From Candidatus Aenigmatarchaeota archaeon (GTDB lineage Archaea > Aenigmatarchaeota > Aenigmatarchaeia > CG10238-14 > SCSR01): a stretch of 64,000 bases of DNA. The position numbers were made by a program, and so were the translations under genes. The notes beneath the pieces are model-generated. The model saw only the letters and a program-made list of their open reading frames with translations. It searched no databases and was not told the DNA's origin. Shown one piece after another: positions 56,093 to 63,466 of the stretch; within the stretch, counting starts at the first letter, position 1, and every line of letters begins with the position of its first letter. Location of the stretch: assembly GCA_038998585.1 (NCBI GenBank), contig JAVZGQ010000003.1, positions 10,196-74,195 on the forward strand. Direction: 5' to 3'.

Positions 56093-56497
56093 TTAAGACG
56101 GGCAATATATTCTAACCGTAGTGGCCGAGCTACCTGAAGATACTCTTATTCCATAATATCCCGTTCCTGCTGCTGCTCTATTACATGTTACGGTTGTGTA
56201 GTTTCCAGGGCTTATCGTAGTTGGGTTGAACGAGCAAGTTACTGAGGATGGATTGCCTGGAACACTAGTAGCAGTTAATCCCGTTGCTGGGGATGTACCA
56301 TCATTCATCAACCAAAATGTGATGGCGTTTGTGGTCCCACCTGGTTGACAATATGGCTCTCCCACAACACTTAAAATCACAGCTGTTCTAGCGGTGAAAA
56401 CACCTGAAATGTAAGTGTAGGCGGCTCCAGCCAAAGCTATTGTTATCATCAGCATCAGAAGTGTTGCTATTACAGTCGAAATACCCTTTCTTTCCAT
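56093..56497 (-). CDS. Archaeal type IV pilin (archaellin-like N-terminal domain)
   Basis: MERKG|ISTVIATLLMLMITIALAGAAYTYISGVF is a class III signal with the conserved hydrophobic pilin helix. It is followed by a Thr/Ser/Gly-rich globular part. Confidence 0.75.
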   Translation of the reverse strand: MERKGISTVIATLLMLMITIALAGAAYTYISGVFTARTAVILSVVGEPYCQPGGTTNAITFWLMNDGTSPATGLTATSVPGNPSSVTCSFNPTTISPGNYTTVTCNRAAAGTGYYGIRVSSGSSATTVRIYCPS

Positions 56498-56530
56498 ATT
56501 TTTTATTTATTTTTTGCCCATATAAATCTT

Positions 56531-56896
56531 ATGAAAGTCTTTATTGATACAAATTTTTTGGTGGATTTGATTAGATTTAGAATTGATATTGAAAAAATTT
56601 CAGAACTAGTTTCTGGGTATAAGCTTTTTGTCCTATCTTCAAACATCTTCGAACTCAAAAAAATAGCAAGGAATAGAGGTGAGAGTGGTAAGCTAGCAAA
56701 AGCTGCCCTTAAACTCATAAAACTGAAAAAAATTAATATTCTAAAGATAGAGGAGGACCCAGATAAAGCTTTTTTAAATCTTGCTGACAAAAATACAATA
56801 ATTGCAACTAATGATTCAGAACTTAGAAAAAAACTAAAAAAAAATGGAATAAAAACAATTTATTTAAGAGGAAACAAAAAATTGGAAGTGGGTTGA
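56531..56896 (+). CDS. Fcf1/Utp24-like PIN-domain nuclease (COG1412)
   Basis: Contains MKVFIDTNFLV...IIATNDSELRKKLKKNGIKTIYLRG. The gene holds the conserved position between aIF2-gamma and rpoE. Confidence 0.75.
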   Translation: MKVFIDTNFLVDLIRFRIDIEKISELVSGYKLFVLSSNIFELKKIARNRGESGKLAKAALKLIKLKKINILKIEEDPDKAFLNLADKNTIIATNDSELRKKLKKNGIKTIYLRGNKKLEVG

Positions 56897-57480
56897 TGTA
56901 TAGAATAGTTGAAGTTGAAGAAAAGATAAGAGTTCCACCAACAAAATTCAATATGAATGTGAAAGATGCTGTTAAACAAAGCATTCAAGAAAGCTTAGAG
57001 TGCATTCTAGATCCGAGAATAGGTTTCATCCTTGCTTGTACAGAAGTGGAGAAAGTCGAGGAGGGTAAGATAATTCCGGGTGACCCTGGAATTTTTTACA
57101 AAACAGTTTTTAAATTATTAACATTTAAGCCAGAGCTTCATGAACTCATTTATGGTGAAGTTATAGATAACACGGAATTTGGGGCTTTTGTTAGGATTGG
57201 GCCGATGGACGGTCTAGTCCACATCTCCCAGCTTATGGACGATTTTGTCAGCTTTGATAGTAAAAGCTCAGTTTTTCTCGGTAAAGAAAGTAAGAGGACT
57301 TTGAAAGAGGGGGATTTAGTTAGGGCAAGGATAATTTCTCTAAGTATAGGAAAAGATGAAAACAAAATAGGTTTGACTATGAGGCAGCCTTTACTAGGAT
57401 CTTTAGTCTGGATAGAGGAAGAGAAAAAGAAAGCAAAGAAGGCGAGGGGATTAGATGGCAAAGAGAATGCAAGTTTGTAG
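56893..57480 (+). CDS. rpoE: RNA polymerase subunit Rpo7 (E')
   Basis: Contains MYRIVEVEEKIRVPP... followed by an S1 domain (GEVIDNTEFGAFVRIGPMDGLVHISQ). Confidence 0.88.
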   Translation: MMYRIVEVEEKIRVPPTKFNMNVKDAVKQSIQESLECILDPRIGFILACTEVEKVEEGKIIPGDPGIFYKTVFKLLTFKPELHELIYGEVIDNTEFGAFVRIGPMDGLVHISQLMDDFVSFDSKSSVFLGKESKRTLKEGDLVRARIISLSIGKDENKIGLTMRQPLLGSLVWIEEEKKKAKKARGLDGKENASL

Positions 57481-57643
57481 AAATTGCAGACGCTTCACGA
57501 CTGAAAAAGCTTGTCCAGTGTGCAAATCGACAAATCTCTCAACAAGCTGGAAGGGTATGGTTATAATTTTAAATACCAATGGCGAAATAGCAAAAGCTTT
57601 GAAAATAAGCGAACCAGGTAAGTATGCCTTATATGTGGGATAG
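57455..57643 (+). CDS. spt4: Transcription elongation factor Spt4 (RpoE'')
   Basis: Contains CRNCRRFTTEKACPVCKS...SWKGMVIIL (zinc ribbon plus the Spt4 motif). Confidence 0.85.
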   Translation: MAKRMQVCRNCRRFTTEKACPVCKSTNLSTSWKGMVIILNTNGEIAKALKISEPGKYALYVG

Positions 57644-57646
57644 GAT

Positions 57647-57967
57647 ATGGAAATTGAAGTTCTTGAAGAAAGAGACAATGTCTTGCTGAAAAGAAAAGAA
57701 ATCAAGCTTGGAATAAAACATGCAGGCTCGCCAACACCAAAAAAACAAGATTTAATAAAAGAGATAGCTGCAAGATATTCAATTTCGGAAGATCATGTTA
57801 TCGTGGATTACATATTCACGAAAAAGGGACTTCAAGAATCTTTCGCAAAAGTTAAAATTTATCAAGAGCTGCCAAAGGCTAAGAAGAAAGAAGAAGTGAA
57901 AGAGCTTCCAAAAGCTGAGCAAAAAGAGGAGGTGAAAAGTGAGGCACAAACCGGTGAAGCAAAGTGA
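57647..57967 (+). CDS. rps24e: Ribosomal protein S24e with a duplicated Lys/Glu-rich tail
   Basis: Contains [25 protein letters not shown]...[13 protein letters not shown]. The tail is [24 protein letters not shown]. Confidence 0.88.
   Translation: MEIEVLEERDNVLLKRKEIKLGIKHAGSPTPKKQDLIKEIAARYSISEDHVIVDYIFTKKGLQESFAKVKIYQELPKAKKKEEVKELPKAEQKEEVKSEAQTGEAK
57866..57937 (+). repeat. Tandem 36-nt duplication (2 copies) in the rps24e 3' end
   Basis: gagctgccaaaggctaagaagaaagaagaagtgaaa is followed by gagcttccaaaagctgagcaaaaagaggaggtgaaa. Copy 2 carries the GAGGAGGTGA Shine-Dalgarno for rps27ae. Confidence 0.8.
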
Positions 57968-58118
57968 TTTCTTCAGTTTGAAAGATGGTAAACTCGAAAG
58001 AATAAGAAGAGTCTGTGACAGATGTGGAGATGGGACATTCATGGCAGAACACGAAGATAGATGGTATTGTGGGAAATGTGGTTTGACTATTTGGAAAGAA
58101 AAGTCACAAAAGTCTTAA
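57939..58118 (+). CDS. rps27ae: Ribosomal protein S27ae (59 aa)
   Basis: ...[39 protein letters not shown] is the C4 zinc ribbon of S27ae. The GTG start lies 8 nt after GAGGAGG. The ORF track missed this gene. Confidence 0.75.
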   Translation: MRHKPVKQSDFFSLKDGKLERIRRVCDRCGDGTFMAEHEDRWYCGKCGLTIWKEKSQKS

Positions 58119-58778
58119 AGTCTCCTGAATTCTTACTATTTCTGGTCCTGTTGTGCTATCACCAACTAAAACTCCTTTACTGTTTGCAATCATACAAGCA
58201 CCAACAAAAGGCGAGCCGAAATTTGCAGTCCCTATGTCAGCTCTAACCTTCAGGATCTCTTCAATTTTTTTAATTTCCTCTTCGCTCGCATCTCTATGTA
58301 GCAAGCATCCATTGTTGGTTGCAACTCCACACGACCCTACAGTTTTAACTCCTCCTATACTTGAAAAAATGGCTTCAACACCAAGGCAATCCTCTATTCC
58401 CTTCTTTTCCTTTTTACTGAAGAGGTTGCTTAGAACAGCCCCTTTCCCATTACACAAGATTAAGTTCCCTATTGCAGTGAACTTCGATCTTAATATTAGG
58501 AGATTAATGCCAAAAATCTCCTTGAGCTCAAAAAGTTTCTTTTTCTCAAAATCTGTCAAAATTTTTGGTGCTATAATTCCATTTTCATTGAAAGCGCAGA
58601 AGATTCCAATAAAGTCAGTAGAAGATAAACTCAAGGCCACAGACTTTACTTTCAAAACTTCTTCAATTTTTTCTCTCTTTTCTTCAAGAATTCTCCCAAG
58701 AATACAAAAATTATCGCAGGCTTTACCATAAAGCCCCAAATTATGGTCTCCAAAAAAATTTGTTTGCCAAATCTTCAA
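58104..58778 (-). CDS. eif6: Translation initiation factor aIF6
   Basis: Contains [22 protein letters not shown] and the pentein repeat pattern. Confidence 0.88.
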   Translation of the reverse strand: MKIWQTNFFGDHNLGLYGKACDNFCILGRILEEKREKIEEVLKVKSVALSLSSTDFIGIFCAFNENGIIAPKILTDFEKKKLFELKEIFGINLLILRSKFTAIGNLILCNGKGAVLSNLFSKKEKKGIEDCLGVEAIFSSIGGVKTVGSCGVATNNGCLLHRDASEEEIKKIEEILKVRADIGTANFGSPFVGACMIANSKGVLVGDSTTGPEIVRIQETLRLL

Positions 58779-58782
58779 TCCA

Positions 58783-59034
58783 TCACTTTCCTAATTCGAC
58801 CTTAACACTTTTTTCTTCTTTTATAAGCTTCAGCTTCAGTTTTGCGGGAGGCTTTTTTGCTCCGTGTTTCCAAATTTCTTCGTTCACACTCTTATCTATT
58901 TTAACTTCCAAACCTTTGAACATCTTCTGAACTTTTTCCCTAACCAGATTCATAAGTCTTTTCGCTTTTTCCACTCTCCTCACTTTTGTTAGTTCTTTCT
59001 TCAAGTTTAAAGTCAAGAACTTTTCTTCAGACAT
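58783..59034 (-). CDS. rpl31e: Ribosomal protein L31e
   Basis: Contains LTLNLKKELTKVRRVEKAKRLMNLVREKVQKMF...VKIDKSVNEEIWKHG. Confidence 0.88.
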   Translation of the reverse strand: MSEEKFLTLNLKKELTKVRRVEKAKRLMNLVREKVQKMFKGLEVKIDKSVNEEIWKHGAKKPPAKLKLKLIKEEKSVKVELGK

Positions 59035-59035
59035 A

Positions 59036-59203
59036 TTAGACCCTCAGTCTGGTTCTTCTCCATTTCTTGATTCCATCAACAGAGATTCTTCTTGACCTAG
59101 CTCTCTTCATTCCAAATTTCTTTATATCCGCCCATCTCGGTGCATTCTTCACCTTTCTTATTTTTCCAAGCTTTATTTTTTTGGTTATATGCTTAATTGC
59201 CAT
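59036..59203 (-). CDS. rpl39e: Ribosomal protein L39e-like (55 aa)
   Basis: MAIKHITKKIKLGKIRKVKNAPRWADIKKFGMKRARSRRISVDGIKKWRRTRLRV is basic and ends in the L39e-like W-R-R-T-[KR]-L. It is packed exactly between the rrp42 stop and the rpl31e start. The ORF track missed this gene. Confidence 0.65.
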   Translation of the reverse strand: MAIKHITKKIKLGKIRKVKNAPRWADIKKFGMKRARSRRISVDGIKKWRRTRLRV

Positions 59204-59965
59204 TCATCCCACCAAATTTCTTATTTCTTTGCTTTTTTCTATTGCGATATTTATCATTTTCTCTACATCTTCTATATTCAACTCACCGTTTCCCTGCTTC
59301 TGTATCGCACAAATCAAATCGTCTTCCCTAACACTAACACTTAATTTTGCTTCTGTTATCTCTTCTTCCTCTAACACAGGGTCGACCAAGAATCTTTCCT
59401 TGATCTTGCTTACGCTGACATTTATAGGTTTGAACTGGACCGGTAATTTCTTTTCAAATTCTCCTCTCGATATTTTCTCACCCTCAAATTTTGGAATCTT
59501 TGTGTTCAACAATGCTACGAGACTTGCCAAGGCAGAAGCGTCCAGAAGATTGCCTTTGTGGTTGATGACTTGTATGTCAATGAAGACGCACCAAACCTTT
59601 TTCCCCGGCTCCAAACAAAGTTCGTTCAGTTTCACGCAATTTGAAGATCTTATTCCCCTGTCCACAATTCTTGCAAGTTCAATCGCGTCCTCCCCCGGAG
59701 GCCCAGACTCAAAATCAGGAGATGCGATAGGGCTGAACTCTGCATTCACAATCAATATTCCTTCTTCTGGTGTGTCTGGGAAAGGTTCGCCCAACTCAAG
59801 CTTAACACCGGCTATGACTTCTGTTTCACCAAACTTGACAGCTGCAGAGCCTTCGGCATTTTTCACCACATTTGGTACAATTTCTATTTTCCTAAATTCT
59901 TCGAATTCCCTACCATCTACTCTTTTACCTCTTTCTATGAGTTCAAGTGCGTATTCTCCGTTCAT
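59204..59965 (-). CDS. rrp42: Exosome complex subunit Rrp42
   Basis: Contains RVDGREFEEFRKIEI...AEGSAAVKFGETEVIAGVK (RNase PH-like, Rrp42 type). Confidence 0.88.
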   Translation of the reverse strand: MNGEYALELIERGKRVDGREFEEFRKIEIVPNVVKNAEGSAAVKFGETEVIAGVKLELGEPFPDTPEEGILIVNAEFSPIASPDFESGPPGEDAIELARIVDRGIRSSNCVKLNELCLEPGKKVWCVFIDIQVINHKGNLLDASALASLVALLNTKIPKFEGEKISRGEFEKKLPVQFKPINVSVSKIKERFLVDPVLEEEEITEAKLSVSVREDDLICAIQKQGNGELNIEDVEKMINIAIEKSKEIRNLVG

Positions 59966-59969
59966 TCCA

Positions 59970-60680
59970 TCACCTATATTTTTCCCTTATAGCATTTTTT
60001 TGCATCTCATAAATTTTCTTGCAGGCATCTTTTGCAATTTCCATCAATTTCTTGATTTCCTCTTTTGTCAAAGTTCCGTCCATTTGTAACAGTGTTATTT
60101 TTTCCTTACTAGGCATCATGGCAAAAGCCATATCACATTCAGAATTATTATCTTCCATTCCAGAAAGATCCAGGATCAGGGTTCCATCAATCTTCCCAAC
60201 AGAGCATGCTACGACCAAATCTTTCATCGGAATGCCTGCAGAAGCTAAGGCAAGGCTCGCTGCATTTATTCCAGTAACTCTAGTTGAGCCATCTGCTTGT
60301 AAAATTTCAACAAAAACATCTACAGTTGCTTTTGGAAATTCTTCTAAAAAAATTGCTGGCTCAAGGGCAAGTCTTATCATCTTTGAAAGTTCTATGCTTC
60401 TTCTATCAGGACCCGGGGCTTTCCTTTCAGAAACAGAGAAGGGTACCATGTTGTATCTACATCTCAATATTCCTGTTTCGGCCTCTTGAAGGTATTTGGG
60501 GTAAAGAGGCCTTGGTCCATAAACTGCTGCTATTGCCAAAGTATTTCCGAATTTCACCATAGCAGAGCCGTCTGCTCTACTAATCACACCTACCTTCATC
60601 TCAATTTTTCTCATCTCTTCCGGTAGTCTTCCATCCAACCTTTTTCCATCAACTAGAAGTTTAATATCACTCTTTGTCAT
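59970..60680 (-). CDS. rrp41: Exosome complex exonuclease Rrp41
   Basis: Contains KRLDGRLPEEMRKIEMKVGVISRADGSAMVKFGNTLAIAAVYGPR. The ATG at 60680 is preferred, with the TTG at 60689 as an alternative. Confidence 0.88.
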   Translation of the reverse strand: MTKSDIKLLVDGKRLDGRLPEEMRKIEMKVGVISRADGSAMVKFGNTLAIAAVYGPRPLYPKYLQEAETGILRCRYNMVPFSVSERKAPGPDRRSIELSKMIRLALEPAIFLEEFPKATVDVFVEILQADGSTRVTGINAASLALASAGIPMKDLVVACSVGKIDGTLILDLSGMEDNNSECDMAFAMMPSKEKITLLQMDGTLTKEEIKKLMEIAKDACKKIYEMQKNAIREKYR

Positions 60681-60685
60681 GAAGA

Positions 60686-61345
60686 TCAACTCAACATTTT
60701 TTCGATTTTTTCAGTTAAGCCTATTGTGTGAGATTCCTTTTCTATAGTTAGTATTGCTTCTATTGCTTTACTCTTGTTTTCTCCTCTTATCCATATGTAA
60801 CCATTTCTTCCAGTATAAATCTCACAGTTAGTTTTCTTTTTTATTATGTTTATCATACTTCCACCTTTACCTATTATTCTCGGAACTTTATTCGGATTTA
60901 TCTTTATTAGAACCCCGCCATAGAGCTTCCTGCTTCCTATGTTTCTCATCGAGACTTGAATTGTTTTATCTTTTGTAACTTTCGAAACAGTACAAAACAC
61001 AACATCGTCAACATCAAAATACCTGCTTATATCTGTTCTTGAGATATCAACAAATTCTCCAACACCTTCGGCCAAAGGCAAGAAAGCAACATAAGGCGAA
61101 TTTATATCAATCATCCATCCAGAAATTTCTACACTCAAAATCTTTCCTATTACTCTGTCTCCAACTCTTGGCATATATGCTCCAGCCAAGGGTATAACAA
61201 AAACCTCGTTTTCCCCTATATTTGGAATCCCTAAAACCTTGGAAAAAACCTTCTCTCCCTCAAGATAAACACCATAACCAACTTTTCTTCCAGCTTTTTC
61301 GCAAAGTAGCTCTCCAGGTAAAACTATTTCTCTTTTTTCACTCAT
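60686..61345 (-). CDS. rrp4: Exosome complex RNA-binding subunit Rrp4
   Basis: An N-terminal domain is followed by S1 (PRVGDRVIGKILSVEISGWMIDI) and KH (IPRIIGKGGSMINIIKKKT). Confidence 0.88.
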   Translation of the reverse strand: MSEKREIVLPGELLCEKAGRKVGYGVYLEGEKVFSKVLGIPNIGENEVFVIPLAGAYMPRVGDRVIGKILSVEISGWMIDINSPYVAFLPLAEGVGEFVDISRTDISRYFDVDDVVFCTVSKVTKDKTIQVSMRNIGSRKLYGGVLIKINPNKVPRIIGKGGSMINIIKKKTNCEIYTGRNGYIWIRGENKSKAIEAILTIEKESHTIGLTEKIEKMLS

Positions 61346-62052
61346 ATGTCCTCCCTCTTTATGACTTTTGATTCAAAATTGCCGTGAGTTAAGGAAGATA
61401 GCTTCTGGAAAAGCTCTTCCTGAACACCAGCCAATAACTCTATGTTTACTACCAAACTACCATCTCCCAACCATTCTTCATTAACAATATTTCCTGCGTT
61501 CTTAAGTATGTTGTAAGAGCTTCCAGAAAATTGTGGGGGTATTTTTATTTGTAACACAACTTTCTGGAATTTTATAGGCAATATTGTTTTTATAACTTTT
61601 AAAACTTTATCTACTTGAAGCTCAGCATCAATAAAGGGGTCTATGTTAATTCCGACTTGCTCCATGGCATTGATTATTCTTTGAGGAGGGTGTGGCGTAT
61701 TTGTTTGGGGGTTTATCCCCCTTCTTGAAATAATATTCGCTATTTGTATTTTTTTCTGTTCTGTCATCTTTCTTCTTTGTTCGGTTGTTAGCTGAATTTC
61801 ACCCTCTTTTATTATCTTTTCAGCTATTTTCATTATATCTGTTGTGCCAAAAACTTTTTGAAGGTCTTGCTCAGATACAGCTTCACCTTTTTTCGAATCC
61901 TTATAAATAACGGGATAAGCCAGTAAATCATCCATACTCACTTTTATCCCTTTCTTTACTTCCAGAGCCTTCTCAGGATCTACTAGTATCTCAAACCTTT
62001 GTCCAGAACGCTGTAATCTAGCTATGACAGCCTTATCTACTCCTACAGTGAT
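61342..62052 (-). CDS. sdo1: SBDS-family ribosome maturation protein; conserved N-terminus lacks a canonical start codon
   Basis: The frame is open from 62061 and encodes VDKAVIARLQRSGQRFEILVDPEKALEVKKG upstream of the first GTG/ATG. The proposed start is ATC at 62052, 5 nt after AAGGTG. The minimal ORF-track call is 61342-61941. Confidence 0.7.
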   Translation of the reverse strand: MTVGVDKAVIARLQRSGQRFEILVDPEKALEVKKGIKVSMDDLLAYPVIYKDSKKGEAVSEQDLQKVFGTTDIMKIAEKIIKEGEIQLTTEQRRKMTEQKKIQIANIISRRGINPQTNTPHPPQRIINAMEQVGINIDPFIDAELQVDKVLKVIKTILPIKFQKVVLQIKIPPQFSGSSYNILKNAGNIVNEEWLGDGSLVVNIELLAGVQEELFQKLSSLTHGNFESKVIKREDI

Positions 62053-62080
62053 ATCGACACCTTAATAAAATATCAGCAAC

Positions 62081-62822
62081 TTAAAATTTTATCTTTTTGA
62101 TTTCTTCTTCGGAAAGTCTCTTGAACTTTTTGTCTTCAACTCTTATAATAGCTATATCGGCTTCGCCATCTTTTTCTGTTTTTGAGATTATATCTAGAGC
62201 AATTTTCAAGGCCTCTGTTTCACTTAAGTTAGGCTTCCATCTTTGTCTCAAAATCTTGTTTGCCGGAGCAGAGCCCCTTCCAATTACATAAGCATACCAT
62301 TCATAAAGCATACCAGAAGGATCTACCTCTATCAGATGAATTCCAGTCGCATCTACACCGCCAACCAGAAATGAGACTCCATAGGGCCTTAAGCCCGCAT
62401 AAAGTGTTGAAATTTGCATCCTGTCGGCAATGCTTCTTGCAAGGCTCCAAATATCCATGGCCTCTTCGTAAGTTATTCTATGGATTTGGGCTCTAACTCT
62501 TGCTTGATTTGTAAGTACACGAGCGTCTGCAAGCAAGCCAGCAGCAACGGCAGCAGCGTGGTCATCTATTTGGAAAATCTTTTCTATAGATTCAGGAACC
62601 ATCAAAGGCGTTTTTGGTTTGGCTGTAGCAAAAAGAATTCCGTCCTTGAAAACTATTGCCATGCAAGTTGTTCCTCTCTTTACCGCTTCTCTCGCGTATT
62701 CGACTTGAAAGAGTCTTCCATCCGGGCTGATTCCGCACTAGTTAGCAGTAATACTAACTAATTAAACGGCAAGTTGACTGAGTAGAGATTAAGCTCTACT
62801 CATTTGTCCTGTCATAGCCCAT
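62081..62822 (-). CDS. psmA: Proteasome alpha subunit, interrupted after codon 7 by a 64-nt intervening sequence
   Basis: The first segment is ATG GGC TAT GAC AGG ACA AAT (MGYDRTN) at 62822-62802. After 64 nt, CGISPDGRLFQVEYAREAVKRGTTCMAIVFKDG... continues in another frame. The rest is a typical alpha subunit. Confidence 0.8.
62738..62801 (-). other. 64-nt intervening sequence in psmA with two hairpins at its borders
   Basis: Hairpin 1 is (T)GAGTAGAG-cttaat-CTCTACTC(A). Hairpin 2 is (AT)TAGTTAG-tattactg-CTAACTA(GT). The element contains in-frame stops for both flanking frames. Confidence 0.7.
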
Positions 62823-63115
62823 ATTTCTGCGAAGAGGAGCTTTTACTCACCCTTCAATTCAGGAAGGATTTCAGGCATCTTTTATCACCAATGCAAGAAA
62901 TTCACTTATTTTCATATACACCCCCATTTCTCACTATATATTTTTGAATTAAGTTATATTTTAACTTTAAAAATACTAGAACTTTTTCTTTTTTTTAGAA
63001 TTAAATTAACTTTTTCTAAAAATTTAGAAGAATGAAAATCTGAAATTGATTAATTTTTGTGACATTCTTCACAATCTTTTATAAGTTAGTATGTTTTTTT
63101 GATGTAAATTTCTAA

Positions 63116-63466
63116 CTATTTTTTCAACCCCTTTATGCTTCCAGAAATTTTCATGATTTTGAAAACAATCCTAGAGTCCCCAAGCCTTGATATCAGACCT
63201 AAACCAGCCACAACCTTTTCCACAACTTTATTATTGCACTTTATTACACCGATTTGTTCTTTTTCATTCCACAAATTTTTTATTATTCGAAGAGAAAGCT
63301 CAGAAACACCAAGTTCACCATAAAAGTCTAGAAAGGAATTCCAAATTGAATTTTCCAAGTCAACATAGCTTACAGGCCCTTCAGAAATAACTTTAAAATT
63401 TACATATCTTTCCTTTTCTCTCAAACTTGGGAGCAAAATCTTTGGTCTATCTGTTTTCTTACCCAA
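63116..63466 (-). CDS. rnp2: RNase P protein component Pop5 (Rnp2)
   Basis: Contains LPSLREKERYVNFKVISE...SIWNSFLDFYGELGVSE...GVIKCNNKVVEKV. Confidence 0.8.
   Translation of the reverse strand: MGKKTDRPKILLPSLREKERYVNFKVISEGPVSYVDLENSIWNSFLDFYGELGVSELSLRIIKNLWNEKEQIGVIKCNNKVVEKVVAGLGLISRLGDSRIVFKIMKISGSIKGLKK

Noticed and set aside
58153-58731. A 192-aa plus-strand ORF opposite eif6, and the 61-aa ORF at 58061-58246
   Set aside because: Both are antisense shadows. The real plus-strand gene here is the S27ae zinc-ribbon ORF in another frame (57939-58118).
59067-60089. A 340-aa plus-strand ORF spanning rpl39e, rrp42 and rrp41
   Set aside because: It is antisense to three well-supported genes. 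The translation is low-complexity (S/F/L/I-rich) with no motifs. It is a typical shadow ORF of a purine-rich coding strand in an AT-rich genome.
62738-62801. A strict bulge-helix-bulge intron model for the psmA intervening sequence
   Set aside because: All six in-frame, stop-free 64-nt excision windows were tested for a 4-bp central helix flanked by 3-nt bulges, and none pairs. The element is kept as a finding, but not as a canonical BHB intron.
62836-62872. A eukaryote-like splice-site look-alike, AAG|GTGAGTAAAAGCTCCTCTTCGCAG|AAAT, just upstream of the psmA start
   Set aside because: It is only 24 nt, and archaea have no spliceosome. It lies in the 5' leader rather than the coding sequence. 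This is a coincidental match in AT-rich sequence.
62840-62905. A possible C/D-box sRNA (GTGATAA ... CTGA ... CTGA ... TGAGTA) in the pop5-psmA spacer
   Set aside because: Box order and spacing do not fit the C-D'-C'-D architecture, since the guide spacers would be only 7-8 nt. There is no terminal stem and the C box is degenerate.
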